Of a stretch of 64,000 bases of DNA, positions 63,024 through 64,000 are shown piece by piece. Under the pieces are notes generated by a model, which had not been told where the DNA came from, did not search any database, and saw only the letters and a program-made list of their open reading frames with translations. The stretch spans positions 99,202,001 through 99,266,000 of the forward strand of contig CM059432.1 of assembly GCA_030390025.1 (NCBI GenBank). The letters run 5' to 3'. Made by a program: the position numbers and the translations under genes. The number at the start of each line of letters is the position of its first letter. Positions within the stretch are counted from its first letter, which is position 1. Source of the stretch: Squalus acanthias. Its lineage: Eukaryota.

Positions 63024-63435
63024 TATGATGTTTTATACCCGAATGCTAACAAAGAAAATCTGTCCTATATAGGGGCAAATAGATTATGGGAGCAAAATAA
63101 CAGAGCAAAGTTGAAAACAATAATGTTGGTACATTTAAGGTTGTTAAGCTTGTTTGTCAGGATTTTGTTTGCACAACAAACCTTTTTCAGTTCATTGAAA
63201 CAAAAAATTGTAGGATGTTCCATTCCTCGTGTTTGACAGCTGTCAGTTGAAATTACAAGTGTTCCGGATAGTTGAAACTGTTGTCAACTTCATTGCCTGG
63301 CCAATAATTTAGCCCCTCTATTTTAGAAACTGCCCGGGATCAATAGAATGATAAATGTAGCAGGCTCTGGAATGGGCAGGTGATTTGCTTTGCCAGATTA
63401 CTAGCCAGGCAGTGAAGGTGAAAGTTAATCCCAAG

Positions 63436-63785
63436 CAGAATAAGAGAAGTTAAGAGGGAATGAGAGGCAGGAAAAGGTTGAATAGGAGTAAGAGGGAAAG
63501 AGAGGAAGGGGAAGGGGCAATGAAAGAAACAGAAACAGAGTGAAGAGATAGGAAAGGAGAGAAAAGAAGAAACATGAAGGAAAGAGGTAATGAAAAAGAG
63601 AATGAAGGTGAGGGAGAGAGTGAGCGAGGAAAGATGAAAGAAACAGGGACTAAAGGAATGGTAAAAGAGAAAGGAAATGACAGAGGTAATGAGAAAAATT
63701 ATGAGAAATTGAAGGAATGTGAGAAAGAGAGAGAGAGAATGATAGGACGAGAAGCAATGAGAAAAGGAATGGAAGACAGGAAGGT
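63436..63785. repeat. Purine-rich (GA) low-complexity tract
   Basis: About 350 bp strongly A/G-biased on +. Confidence 0.9.
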
Positions 63786-63976
63786 TTGTGGCAGATACCA
63801 GTAACAAAAACAACTTGTGATATAAGAAAACTACTAGGCACTTGGTCTAAGCGTTAAACAAAGCATTAATCAACTGTTTTTCAACATGGCGATCTACGTG
63901 TGTCCTTCACTAGTTCCTGTTAAGGAATGTCCTGAGCAAGCTGTGCCCATGCCCGAGTATTTATACTCTCCCTGGA

Positions 63977-63995
63977 CAGCGCCACCAGCAGGCCG
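63977..63995 (-). promoter_or_regulatory. Candidate CTCF-binding motif
   Basis: CGGCCTGCTGGTGGCGCTG on - resembles the CTCF core CCASYAGRKGGCRCT; YY1-like CAACATGGCG at ~63882. Confidence 0.4.
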
Positions 63996-64000
63996 CCCAG

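Noticed and set aside
62808..63236. 142-aa ORF
   Set aside because: Runs through a palindromic MITE and has no recognisable domain
63340..63813. Hydrophobic membrane-protein-like ORF
   Set aside because: Artefact of the low-complexity pyrimidine strand

Overview
Vertebrate non-coding DNA, most likely from a cartilaginous fish. This is inferred from the repeat set: CR1 LINEs with (ATTCTATG)n tails, a DeuSINE/SacSINE1-like SINE, a Penelope-type 3' repeat, and Tx1, RTE and L2 fragments. By my manual annotation about 70% of the window is transposon-derived. About 40% is PIF/Harbinger DNA transposons and their MITEs, with convergent HARBI1-like DDE transposase and three-exon Myb/SANT genes, GGG/GGC-initiated TIRs and 3-bp TSDs. 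I could not recognise an intact host gene; only a few weak candidate exons are visible. Most notable: (1) a minimal type I hammerhead ribozyme in a TSD-flanked Penelope-type insert, plus a second insert of that family starting at the predicted self-cleavage site; (2) a CR1-group LINE with a tRNA-like Pol III head in place of an ORF1; (3) a transposase-less Harbinger whose ~496-codon spliced Myb/SANT gene has a single premature stop; (4) Harbingers inserted back-to-back at a shared target site; (5) short inverted templated insertions. Boundaries of decayed elements are approximate, and family names come from motif recognition, not database searches.
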